A stretch of DNA of 64,000 nucleotides, from the NCBI GenBank assembly GCA_013265495.1, contig MU058444.1, positions 1,426,001 through 1,490,000 on the forward strand, in the 5' to 3' direction. Each line of letters starts with the position of its first letter. Positions within the stretch are counted from its first letter, which is position 1. Position numbers and translations under genes: made by a program. This DNA comes from Vicugna vicugna. Its lineage: Eukaryota. The notes beneath the pieces were generated by a model. It did not search any database. It worked only from the letters and a program-made list of their open reading frames with translations, and was not told where the DNA came from. This document shows positions 36,451 to 48,600 of the stretch, in pieces.

Positions 36451-37216
36451 AGACATTTTCTCGATTCAGAAAGTCAATATCCAAAGTTCTAAGTGATAAC
36501 ACTCATTTTTCAATTTTTCACGAATGATCAATTTTATATCAATTTTATGTTTGAAATTTAGACAAAAATAACTGTAGTCTTGGAAATAAGGGCTTCGGCA
36601 TGAGTTTGTCAGGACCCAGACCACGGCATGCACCTGGGTAGCACAGATGAGTATTGAATTCGTGTATTATGTAAAGTCATCTACTGTTCTGGAATCCCCT
36701 GTGAGATGTTAGTGTAATAAAGTGGGAAGCTAGAATTTCAGCTGTTATTATAAAATTTCAGTTTTCTAATCCAGGCTATTTAACCTAACCCCTTAAGGGG
36801 GCAAATTTTCAAAGAGTTTCATAAAATTTTATATTAAATATACCACACAGAATAAAGCTGCAGTGCAGATTTGTGTCCAGTGATTCAGAGTCCTGGATCC
36901 CACTGCTTTGAATTATAATTGCACTGGTAAATTCCATGGGACATGTTGGAGTGAGTAATGGAATAAAACTGGTATTTATATAGCCTTGCACTCCTAATGA
37001 TACTCAAAACTATTCACACGGTAATCTCAGTTACCTCAAAGAGCACTGCTAGGGAGGTGTCAAATACTAATATCCCTGACTTAAGAATAAGAAATTGGGT
37101 GATGACAGCCAGGCGGTAACAGATGTCTGTCTTCTAAAGCTCATTATAAATCTTTGCTCAATTTCCCTACCACCTACATAATGACATCCTACTTAGAGGC
37201 TAGTTCATTGTTCGTG

Positions 37217-37597
37217 CAGTTAACCCTGGAACAATGTGAGGGCCAGGGGAACTGACCGCCCAGCACAGTGGAAAATCTGCGTATAATTTTGATTCTCCAA
37301 AAACGTAGCTACTCATAGCCTACTGTTGACCAGAAGCCTTACCAATAACGTAAACACATTGATTAAAAACATCTTTTGTATATTTCATGTCTATCTACAT
37401 ATACCTTATGCATTCATCACATATCTAGCTTTAAAAAAAAATTTTTTTTTTTGATATTTCCAGGGGTTCGTCTCTGAGTTTTTTTCAAATTGTTGCAAAT
37501 TTCCAAAACCTTTTTTCCAACATATTATTTACTGAAAAAAAAATCCATAAATAAGTGGACCCATGCAGTTGCACCCATATTGTTCAAGGGTCAACTG
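37217..37597 (-). mobile_element. Tigger2a-like non-autonomous DNA transposon
   Basis: Terminal inverted repeats CAGTTAACCCTGGAACAA ... TTGTTCAAGGGTCAACTG, internal ATAAGTGGACCCATGCAGTT. Confidence 0.88.
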
Positions 37598-40500
37598 GAT
37601 ATCAAACGATGTTTATCAGCACCGCACAGCAACGTGGAGAAATGGCTGCGGAAGCCAGGGTGGGCTCACCAGTGTGCAATGAGCACTTAACACCATACAA
37701 TGCCTGATCCGAAGAGGTTGAATGAAAGACTGTGAATGGATCAAGAGCTGGATCTGTCTTTTCCCTCAGCAGCATCCTGAGGGCAGGATAACATATTTAA
37801 CTCTCATCCTCGGGGCACAGGTTTTATTTAATCCTCACAACTTAACTTACATACGAGAGTTTCTAGAATATGCCCAAGAGCCCACACACAGCCTATTTTT
37901 GGGAGCGAACAGACTTCCACCCAGGGTGGGGGTTTCCATGCCTCAAGCCCTCAACAACACAGCCCCGTGCATGCATTTGTCTTTCCTGGATGTAGTTTTG
38001 TTCCTTTGTTTGATCTACTTACCCCTCAGGGGAGTTGACCTTTCAGCGTTCACGTTCTCCTCCCTGACACTCCTGCCCATAGAGGGTGCCAGTCATTCTG
38101 GATTCTGTTCATTTTTCTAAAACTCACTTCCTCTGATCTTTATTGTCGCAAATGTCATATTATATCCACTTGCTTATACTGACTCAATTTCCTACCTAAG
38201 GAAATGTTTATGAATCAGCAAATGACTGTCTTCACCACCTGAATTAGCATCACACAATATCGGTGTTAGTACGCAAGGTCTTCCTTCGCCTACAACCGTA
38301 TCTTAAAGTAAGTGTAACTCACCAGACAAACCCCACCATACGCCAACCTTTCCCCATCAGACCCACTACCCCAAGCAACACTCCCAAGACAGATGAAAGA
38401 GAACACATGCACACACACTGTATATTCCTTAAATGTAAGCTTTTTATAGGAGCTAGCCTTGCCTTGCTCCTACTGTGATGATTTTGGTAAATATATTAAA
38501 TATATCGTGTTTCTCTACATATCACAGTGCTCTGTAACCCCTTGCAATTGTCAATTGCTTGGGAAGCTTAAAAGAAAAGCAAATAAACAAGTAGAAAAAA
38601 AATCTTTAAAATGTATACTATTAGTGGGGGTTATTCATATTGTATTAAATACTTGAATCTTCTAATTCATTCTTACCTTTAAATGTAACATCAACAAAAT
38701 ACCACGGGTTTCTAAATCTCTTTATGATCATTTCTAATAAAATCTGTTACCAGATTAAAATCTGCACAAGACTGCATTAAAAAAACCACGTTTATATTCC
38801 TATTTGGTGATAGAAAAGACCTCTTAATTACCAGACAAAACAGATAAAGCAAAACAAAACAAAACAAGCAGAAGGGTTAGCTCACTCCAGCCAGACCCAG
38901 ACACATCACAGGGGAGGAAATGACATGAACACTAAAAACAGGTCGAGAGCAAGAGGTTAACACCTCTCTCTAGTGGGGACCGTTTCTTTGTCCCACAACA
39001 TAGACCCCGTTTCTCTCTTGTGAAGTGGAAAAGAGAGTTCTGTAGCTAGATTGAAAACACACATCCAGTAGCAACGGATTCACGTTTGAAGATTGCATTT
39101 AAAAAGACAACACAACGACCTGCCCAGGCTGCTGTTTCGGTACCTAAACAAGACCCACAGGCTGTGTTTTTTACAAGCAGCCAAACAAATGTGTCACAGA
39201 TGCCATGTGTCACGGATGCTCTTCTCCCACGGCGCCATTGATGCCACATACTTGTTCTGAAGATCACTGCATGTAAACCAGTGACCATCACGATAAATTA
39301 AACCCGCCCAACATAGGGCTGACTTAGGTATTTGAGCTGATGGTTGCCCACAGTGCTCTCTGCAAAAATTAAAAGAATTGCTTTACTGTCTAGACATACA
39401 CACCAACCCGCAGCAAATAAACCATCAGAAAATTCAGCAAAATCACCCAGCTTACCACTCAAAACAAGATTGTAATGATGGTGGGGAGGGCACACGCTTC
39501 TGCTTCCAGGAAGCAGGTTTTTGTGTATTCTACACATTTCTGTCTACAAACCACCTAGAACAATGGAGGTTCATCTACGCTGACAGAACCAGAGAGTAAA
39601 TTTATTTTTACAGTTTGGTTTTAAAAAGCAGCACCATCAAAGCCTACAAAAGGTAAAATATGAATCAAAAGATTAACATTCCATGATTAATGGGCTGAGA
39701 GGGAGGAGAAACAGGATTGCTTTTCTATAAGCACCAAACGACACTCTAAATGCTCTAAATTGCCCAAGTTCTGCAAAGATTAGTGCTTCTTGTGTTTAAA
39801 GACAAGACGCCCCTGAAGACTTTTACTGTTGAGATGTAATTTAACAGAAGTTAGTGACTGAATGCAGTCTCTTTTTTTTCCCCCCAAACAGGCACCTCTC
39901 TGAGTGACTTTATCATTAATAGAAATTGGATAGAAACGTCCTGACTAGATATTTGCCTGTCTACAATGTTGGAAGACGAGAACTAATTAACAGAGGATTG
40001 CAGTTTTATCTTCTTAGTGATTTATCTGCAGTTTTAAGGACACCCATCCATGGACAATCAGTCTTAATCTCCCACACAAGGGCTGTAACTTGGAAGATAC
40101 AAACAGATACAGTAGCTGTAAGGCGAAGATAGCATTCTCCCAGGAGCCTGGCCAGCTGTTGAAAGAATACAGATCATTGTTCGCTGCTGAGTGCAAAAAA
40201 TCATTAGGAGATTACTCATAGAATTATTACTTATCTCTGTAACATTTTAAAGTGAAAGAAAAAAAAAGCAAAGATATCATGTGACTACCAAGATACATCT
40301 TTGCAAGGCATCCTTTGCTGACTAGCCCACTGAGAAACAAACTTGGTCCTAGGAAGGCCTATTCATTGGTCAGTGAATGCACATGTATACGTTTCTTTGA
40401 AAGGCTAACCATCCCAGAGAGTGTGGTAAACTCCAGATTCCAGAAACCCTAAGAGCCTCTTAATACGACAGCCATGTGTGACTTGAAAAAGGGGAAATTG

Positions 40501-41959
40501 TCCCCCTGAATGGTTTGTTTCAAAGGACAAACTCAGTTGACTTTCAAATGTTCCACAGTTGAAATACTCTTAACCTGTACTCATAAATGCTTCATGAATA
40601 CAGTTTTACAAGGAAGCAAAAAAAAAAAAAATCTCAAAAAGGAAAGGTGAGATGGTTAAATAATTTCAGTGTTTGTAGTATGAGCATAAACACATTGATT
40701 TCCTGAATCAATTTAAAATACAATGCTTACAGTTTTGTTGTTTACAAAATGTAGTGGATGAACTAATATTGGTATGTTATTTTGTCCTAAAAAAATAAAA
40801 GCAATTTAGGGACCCAAAGAATTAAATCTTGTATACAGAGAGCTTTGGAACTGGGAGGAACACGGACCCCTCCTCAGATTGGATGGATGGCCTCAGCACC
40901 CAGCCCTCAGGGGTTACTGGAATCCTACAGTTCTACAGAGCAAGCGTTGGTATGAAAACTGATATACTGAATAATAATTAAACAATGACAGCAATACATT
41001 AAGTCATTATTGATTTCTTAAAGTTAATATAGTTCAAATTGTGGTTGTTTCTCCCTTTGCCCCACCCACTCCTGGCTGTCGGAGAGCTGCTTTTTCTCTT
41101 TCTCACCTTCCATATAAGCTCATCCTCCTTATCCTAAAAATAGCTACTGGGCTACCCCTACACTCACCCAAGCCCCAAATATTCATCAGATAACTGCTCT
41201 GAGCCAAACCCTAATAGTGAAGGAGATTAAAGAAGCAATGAGACAGGAGCTCAGGATGAGAAAGACAGAGATGGAAAAGTATCGTGGTGGCACCATTCCA
41301 CTGGGGCTTGGGGGGGCACACATGTAATGTAAGACAGAATAAGAGAGGCAGTAGGCTTCCACGGAAGGGTCATGTTGAACTCGGTCCTGAAGACTTATCA
41401 CCAAGCGGAGAAAGGAGTTGACATAGATGAAAAGAGATGGGAAAGCTTAGGGCTCAGGCAGCACACAGTAGAGCGTTCTCTGTACTTGCAAACGGCAGGG
41501 TCGGTGGTGTCATAATCAGTAGTGGAAATATGAGGACAGCAAGGGTTTCCTGGGACGCGAACACTTTCCTGGATTCCCATCCCATCAGTGCCCTCTATAT
41601 TCTAACAGTTACAGGGAGAAACTTATTTTTTTTTAAATCAGAATCACCCAACACAAGGAACACAAAGTCAACACTCAAAAAGTTTTGAAAGCTGAATGAA
41701 TGAATGATCCTTCAGTGACTGTCTCCATTTCCTAACTTGATGATTTCAAGTACCCTTTTCCTCCAGCTGAGATGCTTTCCCCAGGCTCAGAGGTTCAAGC
41801 CCCACTTCTACTTAAAATCTCCAGTTCTGAAGAATCCAAGACTACTTTGAAAATTCTTCCCCAAACTGGTTTCTCCTGCTGGGGCTCCCACTGCACTTTT
41901 TTCTCTACTTCTCTCTTGAATACGGAGATGTCATTATCAGACCACATTTAAGAGTCGGA

Positions 41960-42185
41960 TTTAACATGAAACTTACATTCAATCTTAGTTCCCTAAGCCA
42001 GTAAAAGAATGTGACATTAGAAAAGTTATTCAACATCCTTATGCCTTTATTTCTCTTTCTTTAAGACGAGGTAGATCGTAAAAGGCTTACTCCACAGTGT
42101 GCTGTAAAGGTTAAATAATATTTGAGGAAGAGAACCACAGCGCGCCTGGAACAGAGCACGTTCTCAAAAGTAGCTGTCATATTAA
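41960..42185 (+). mobile_element. MIR remnant
   Basis: GTGACATTAGAAAAGTTATTCAAC...GTAAAGGTTAAATAA...ACAGCGCGCCTGGAACAGAG. Confidence 0.55.
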
Positions 42186-43181
42186 TTACTGTCCATTTGC
42201 ATTACAATTATTATGTCACCTTACGTTTACCTCATGAGTAAGACACTTCTGAAGAATATCTATGCTTTTGTTTTGTTTCCTATCTTTGTATTTCTACATA
42301 TATCACCAACACGACTTTTTATACAGTAAGTGGTCAAGAAAAGTTTAATTGTGCAAAATTGCTACCTGGCCTAAAATGCAGCCATTCTGATTATCAGATG
42401 TCAATTTCTTTATCTGAAATATAGGTAAATAAAGGTGATTACTATGATTGTCTTTTTTTTAAATTCTGTTACAGTGGAGTTAAAAACTTCAGGCTAGATT
42501 TTTACAACAGTGGGTAGTTAGAAAATAACTGTATTTACTCCATACCTTGTTTACATATTTCACACCTATAAGGTAGAGAACACAGTGGCATATATTCTGA
42601 CGTTTATATATTGCTCCTGAACCCAATCAAATTAGCTGATTCTGACACACTTCCTCTTTAAAGAAGTCTGAAAGTCACTTGGTCATTTTTATCCCTGAAA
42701 ACAACACTGCATTCTGAGGTATAGAAAATATTTTTTATTGTCTTTATTTTAGGTATTTTTATACTGGAAATCATTAACTGGAATTTAAAACAAATACTCA
42801 TCTTTTGTGGATTGAATATTAATATGAAACTTCAAAAGTTAGTTTAAATTAATACAGAGGATGGTACCTGATTAATTCATTGTGTATAATAAAAAATGAT
42901 TACTTAATGATGAGTGAATATACTTAGTAAATAATGGATTTTGGTTCCACTGTATACAAACATTTGAGAAAAGTTTGTGTTTACTTATAAAAAGTCAGTG
43001 TAAAAACACAACTGTCTGATAACCACTTCTTGGTAAATATTTATTTCATGGTTTCTTTAGCGGGAAAATCTGTGAGGAAGCAGATTGCCTGGCAGCTAGA
43101 GGTCAACCATTCCAATCTCACCAGATTTCATTGAATGACCTCGTGAATTCTGGCCCATCAGTAAAATAAAACCCTCCATTT

Positions 43182-43595
43182 TTTTTTTTAAATTGAAGTA
43201 CAGTCAGTTACAATATGTCAATTTCTGGTGTACAGCACAGTGTCCCAGTCATGCATATACATGCATATATGCATTTTCATATTCTTTTTCATTAAAAGTT
43301 ATTACAAGATATTGAATATAGTTCCCTGTGCTCTACAGAAGAAATTTGTTTTTTATCTATTTTTATGTATGGTAGTTAATATTTGCAAATCTCAAATTCC
43401 CAAATTTATCCCTTCCCACCCCCTTTCCCCTGGTAAAGATTGTTTACTATGTCTGTGAGTCTGTTTCTGTTTTGTAGATGAGTTCATTAGTGTCCTCTTT
43501 TTTCCTTTTTCCTTTTTTTTTTTCAGATTCCACATATGAGTGATATCATATAGTATTTTTCTTTCTCTTTCTGGTTTGCTTCACTTAGAATGACA
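43182..43595 (-). mobile_element. 5'-truncated LINE-1 3' end
   Basis: Poly-T + TTGAAGTACAGTCAGTTACAA...TTCACTTAGAATGACA. Degenerate TSD AAAACCCTCCATTTT / AAAATCGTCCATTTT. Confidence 0.92.
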
Positions 43596-45274
43596 AAAAT
43601 CGTCCATTTTTATCACCTGAAGATGGTAGAGGTTATAGTAAGTGACAGACCGGCAAAGAACCTTCCTTTCTATCTTGAATACAATGAAATGATAGTTTAT
43701 CTGCAGCGAATAGTTGTGGTTATCTGACAAAAACAGGTCAAAGGTTTTGTGAGTTTTCTTCTGAAATTGCTCAGTGCCTTCTCTAATGACTGATAATTGA
43801 AAACAGAGACCAGGGTTCCCAAATGTGGTGGGTGACAGATGAGCCGCAGATTAATGCTGATGCTTGGTTAGGAGACACTAAGAGGTCAGGAGTCACGGGA
43901 ATTAGCTATTGTGCTACTGTGAAAAGGCAGACATCAAAAGTCTATTATCCCCTTAATGGCTCTTCCCCAAGCCTGAAATCCATTCTCACTTGCTTCGGTC
44001 ATAATTTAGAGCCACCTCGCCCGTTATTCATATCAAAGTGAAACCACTCACCCTCAGTTTATCAATATTGGGGTTTTCATGTTTTTATTTATATACTAAG
44101 AAACTATTTTTTTCATATCTCATTTTTAGTGTATTCTGTGCTCATTCTGGAGAATTTCAGAAACATCTGGTCTAGAAAAAAAATTTATACTTAATGGAAA
44201 GAAAAGAAAACTAGAAAACTTGAGATTATACTAAATGTGTTCAGAATTTCCAGATGGGGGGAAAAAAACCAAGGGCGTTTAAGACAGTTTGCATAATATA
44301 AAGGATCTAAGAATTTCTGTAGCTGAACAAACAAATAAATGTCTTTCTCAAATTAACTGCTTTAAATTTTAAACTGGTCTGATACCTTTTTATAGAGTTC
44401 ACTCAAGTTCAATCTGTGGTTAAATCCATCATTTTGAAACAAAAGCAAACTCCACGTTTTTTTTTTCCCTGCCAAATGGGTTGCATCAGTGAAGTCTGGT
44501 ACAAGAAAGGAGACCACAGAGAAATGTGATTGTACTTAACGCCACATCAAGTTATTAGAGACACTATTACACGGTTTTACAGGGATTTAAGATGAGGAGT
44601 AAAAAGATGTCTATGGATGTCTTACCTGTATGCTCTAAGACTAGTATCAGGGGACCTCATTTATCTGTTCTGCGAGGACCGCAAGTGGCCACTGGTGGCC
44701 CACGTTTGTTTCCTAAGTCGTGCCGACTGCTGACTGCCTCTGGAAGGAGATTTTAAGATCGACAGCAGCCACACCTTTGGTTGGCTTATTACTGTACCCT
44801 CAACTTCTACCTCCATCACTGGCACACAGTAGGTGGTCAAATTGCCTGAGAAATGAGTGATCATAAGAATTTCAGAATATATGCCTGATTCTGGTTCTGG
44901 TTCTTTTTTTTTTTTTCCCCAAGAGGGAGAGTAAATGCAGACCCTGTTAATCCAACTCAGCCAAACCACCCCTCACCCATTGTTTCTTTTTTTTTTTAAT
45001 TGAAAGATAGTTGATTTACCATTCAATCATTTATTCATTTTTTTTCTGCCTCCTTATATTTCTCTCTCCCAGCACATTAAAACTTTAGAAATGTTGATTC
45101 TGTTTCTAAGCATTTCAATTTCTAATCATTTCTCTGATCACATCTACACATTTCCTACCACCTGACTGAGACTGTGAGCCACTTCAGAGTCACATAACTC
45201 AAGAACAAGGAATTGAGAGTCTGTATCCAAAATTCTCATCTGGCATTGGTTGACGGTTACTCCTGATTTATGCT

Positions 45275-45425
45275 TTTATTTTTAATTTTCTTTTGGGGGG
45301 AGAGGCAATCAGTTTTATTTATTTATTTTTATTTTTATTTTTTTCAAATGGAGGTGCTGGGGATAGAACCCAGGACTTCGTGCATGCTAGGCACGCACTC
45401 TACCACTGAGCTACACCCTCTCCCT
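45275..45425 (-). mobile_element. Vic-1-like SINE
   Basis: GGGGATAGAACCCAGG...CTCTACCACTGAGCTACACCCTC is the reverse complement of the SINE head. Confidence 0.88.
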
Positions 45426-47049
45426 CAACCAATTCTTCTTCAATGAGTCCTGCCCAGTACTTCAAAATAGTACAATCTCAAATGACATATTCCTTTTTCC
45501 CTATCTTCTTTGAACAAATTCAAATAAACAATGATAACTTAGAATCCCAATGTCTAGTTTTGTTTCCACTAGCTATATTGATATTTAAAGACATATTCCA
45601 GGCTGATAAAATCTCTGATTCTTAAATGGATATATTCCTCTTGGGGAATGAGAAATCGGTAATACAAAAATTAAATAACATTGCTCTATTTTATGGTGAT
45701 TAATAGAACTGTACTTAAAACAATTTGCAGAATGAGTTGTATGTTATAGAATATAGTATTGATGCATTTTGATATAATTATCTATTCTCACTAATTTTTC
45801 TCCATTTGCATAAAACCACGAATTTCTCCGTCCACACTATGTTTATGTAATCTGATCAAATCTTCGATAATGTGTTTGTAATTATTTAAGTCTTCTTCCC
45901 GAAACACTGAAAATAGTTGCTCCTTTAAAAAATATGTTTTGTTTTTGTTAGTTTCTTTTTTTATCTGAAAAAAAATCATCACGACTGCTTTTATTTGGCA
46001 TGTTTCTCTAACACCGTCCTCAAAAGTGAAAGCTCTTGTCATCAGTGTGTGTGTTTACAGCTAGAAGCTGGAGCACATAATACATGCCTTGCTTAACATT
46101 TCTTTATAGCACGTTATTAAAATTGTGAGTTTGATGAATCAATACATTGTATTAAAAATGTCTTCTATAATTGGAGACCGACTTGAGAACATGTGCTAGA
46201 TTTAATAAAGATGTAACAGGTGCCAGAAACAATAAAGAGATCACATGGCCTCCCCACATTTGTGGAGTGAGACCACATCGTAATTAGCGTCAGGGGATCC
46301 TTCGTGGTCTCAGGTCACAGAGTTTTCATAGGAACAGTCTCATATTTTGCTTGATCTGGTTTCACACTCCTGGGTTTTGCCTTTGTATTGGGATTTTAGG
46401 GCAACCACAAAACTCAGAGCAAAATTCAGCTAAGAATCATCGAGCAGTATCTGGTTTTGGGTTCAAACTATCCAAATCCTCCAAGTTCCTCAAGATGCAC
46501 ACCTGGAAAGCACAATATGTCTTCTGAGATCCAGGTCAGACGAGCTCATTTTAGATTCAAATTTAATAACTCCTGAGCCTCCCATCCAGTTTTATATTAA
46601 TTATCAGATGGCCTGTTTTCAGATGCTTTCATTGCTCAAAGTTTGACTTGTTCTCAATGTTATTTAATAATCCATCCAACTAACCCATATGGACTGTTGC
46701 ATAAAGAACCAAATTCAGCAACAGGAAAAGCTGAATAGCATCCTTATGTGAACCACGTAGTCCCCACCATGGCCGGGAACTGGTGGTACCTAGTCCCCAG
46801 AAGTCAGTGCGAAGAAAAACAGGTGTGAGTGTGGGGCTCAAGAAAGAATGTTTGGGCATTAGATGTTTAATAAACAGGTGGAGTTAAGACGCTGCCTCTG
46901 CGCTCCCAGGCGCTCTTGCTCACAGGAGCTGGTGTTTGGAAGGTTTCTGGACAGGGGAAAACTGAAGCGTCACCAGCAAGTGCAGATGGTGGTCATATTC
47001 CAGAAACAGAGGAATTAGACAAGCCCATGCGTTAGTACATAAGACTCTT

Positions 47050-47431
47050 TTTTTTTTTTTAATGTTTTGGGGATTGTTTTTACTATTCTTTTTAATTTTT
47101 TATTGAAGTGTAGTTGATTCACAACGTTAGTTTCAGGTACACTAACGTTATAGATAGACATACATATGTATTTTTTTTCTTTTCAGATTCTTTTTCATTA
47201 TACGTTCTTGCAAAGAATTGAAATACCGTTCCCTGTGTTGGACAGCAGGTCCTTGTTGTTTATCTATTTTATGTATAGTAGTGTGTCTTTGTTAATCCGC
47301 AACCCCTAATTTATCCCTCCCCGCCTTTCCCCTCTGGTAACCGTAGTTTGTTTTCTACGTCCGTGAGTCTGTTTCTGGTTCACAAATAGAATTTGTATCA
47401 TTTTTTTTTTTAGATTCCCATGCATCAGTGT
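47050..47431 (-). mobile_element. 5'-truncated LINE-1 3' UTR
   Basis: TTTTATTGAAGTGTAGTTGATTCACAA...TAGATTCCCA. TSD ATAAGACTCTT (47039-47049) / ATAAGATTCTT (47432-47442). Confidence 0.9.
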
Positions 47432-47699
47432 ATAAGATTCTTAAGCTTCTTACTCAAATGCTGAATGTCAGGTCTCTTTCCACTCTCGGTTCCCAGGATG
47501 TTGACAGTCGGGCCTGTGCCTTCCAGACAAGAGAATGAAAGAGCGTCCTCTCACTGAAATCTGACCGTTCCCAGAAGAAAGACCAAGTCCCAACAAAATG
47601 GCAAGGCGAACATATCTAAGACAGAAAATAATCCCAAGTCCCACCCATATGCTAAGAGCTTCTAATCAGCTTTTTAATCTCTTGCAATTAAATAAAAGC

Positions 47700-48600
47700 T
47701 GACAAGCAAAGATCACTAGATAGCTGAGAAAAGTCTCTCCCTCTAAATAGAGACGACTAGATTTTTTTTAAAAGGAACTTGTAGGTATTTCAAAAAAACC
47801 TACTAAAAACTACCATAATATCCTTCGAGAGCTTTGAGAAGCTTTTGTACCCATGAAACAAGATGTTATAAAAGACGAATATTCAATGCTAGAACATCTC
47901 TCGGAAATAAGGCTGAAAATCAGTCTCAGTTTGAAAGATTACAATGGAAAAAATTTCAAAAAGGAGAGCAGTTAGTTAAAAGAGTGGAAGATAGAGGAAG
48001 ACTGAAAAAAAAAAAGTGGGGGGGAGGATTAATCCAGAATTAGCCCTAATAATAGTGATGAAGAGAGATCAGGAAACAAAGAAGAAAGCATTAAAGGTAT
48101 AATTCAGTTCACTGACCCAATTACAAAAGTTTCAAGATCGAAAATGTCTGCCTTGTAGACAAAGAGAAGTTTCTCCAAATTTCCAGCCATGAAATACAAA
48201 TCGTATACATAGGGACCAGGAATCAAAGTGGATTTAGACTTCTCGAAAGCAGCACTGTAAGCTAGAAGCCAACGGGACACTGTCTTCAAAATCATGACGA
48301 GAAAGTATTTCCACCTTAGAATTCTGTGTTCCACAAATGTGAGCGTATAATAAAGATACTCTGAGACATGGAAGGTATCAAAAATCTGGTTTCAAAAAAA
48401 CACATTCCTTAGGAGTTTACTGAAGAATCTGTGCCACCGAATCAAATCAGCCAGACAGAAAATGAAGGCATGGGCTCCAGGGAAAAGAAGATTTAACACA
48501 AGAGAAACAGGGAACTCCCAGGATGGTTGTGAAGGGAGATCCCAGGATGACAGTTACCCTCTGGGAACAGAGGTCAACAGTCCGTTTTGGAGCCATGTGA
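47700..48600 (+). mobile_element. HAL1 / ancient L1 ORF1-like remnant
   Basis: GIKVDLDFSKAAL.ARSQRDTVFKIMTRKYFHLRIL resembles the ORF1 C-terminal domain. Followed by HAL1-type CCCAGGATGGTTGTGAAGGGAGATCCCAGGATGACAG. Confidence 0.7.
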
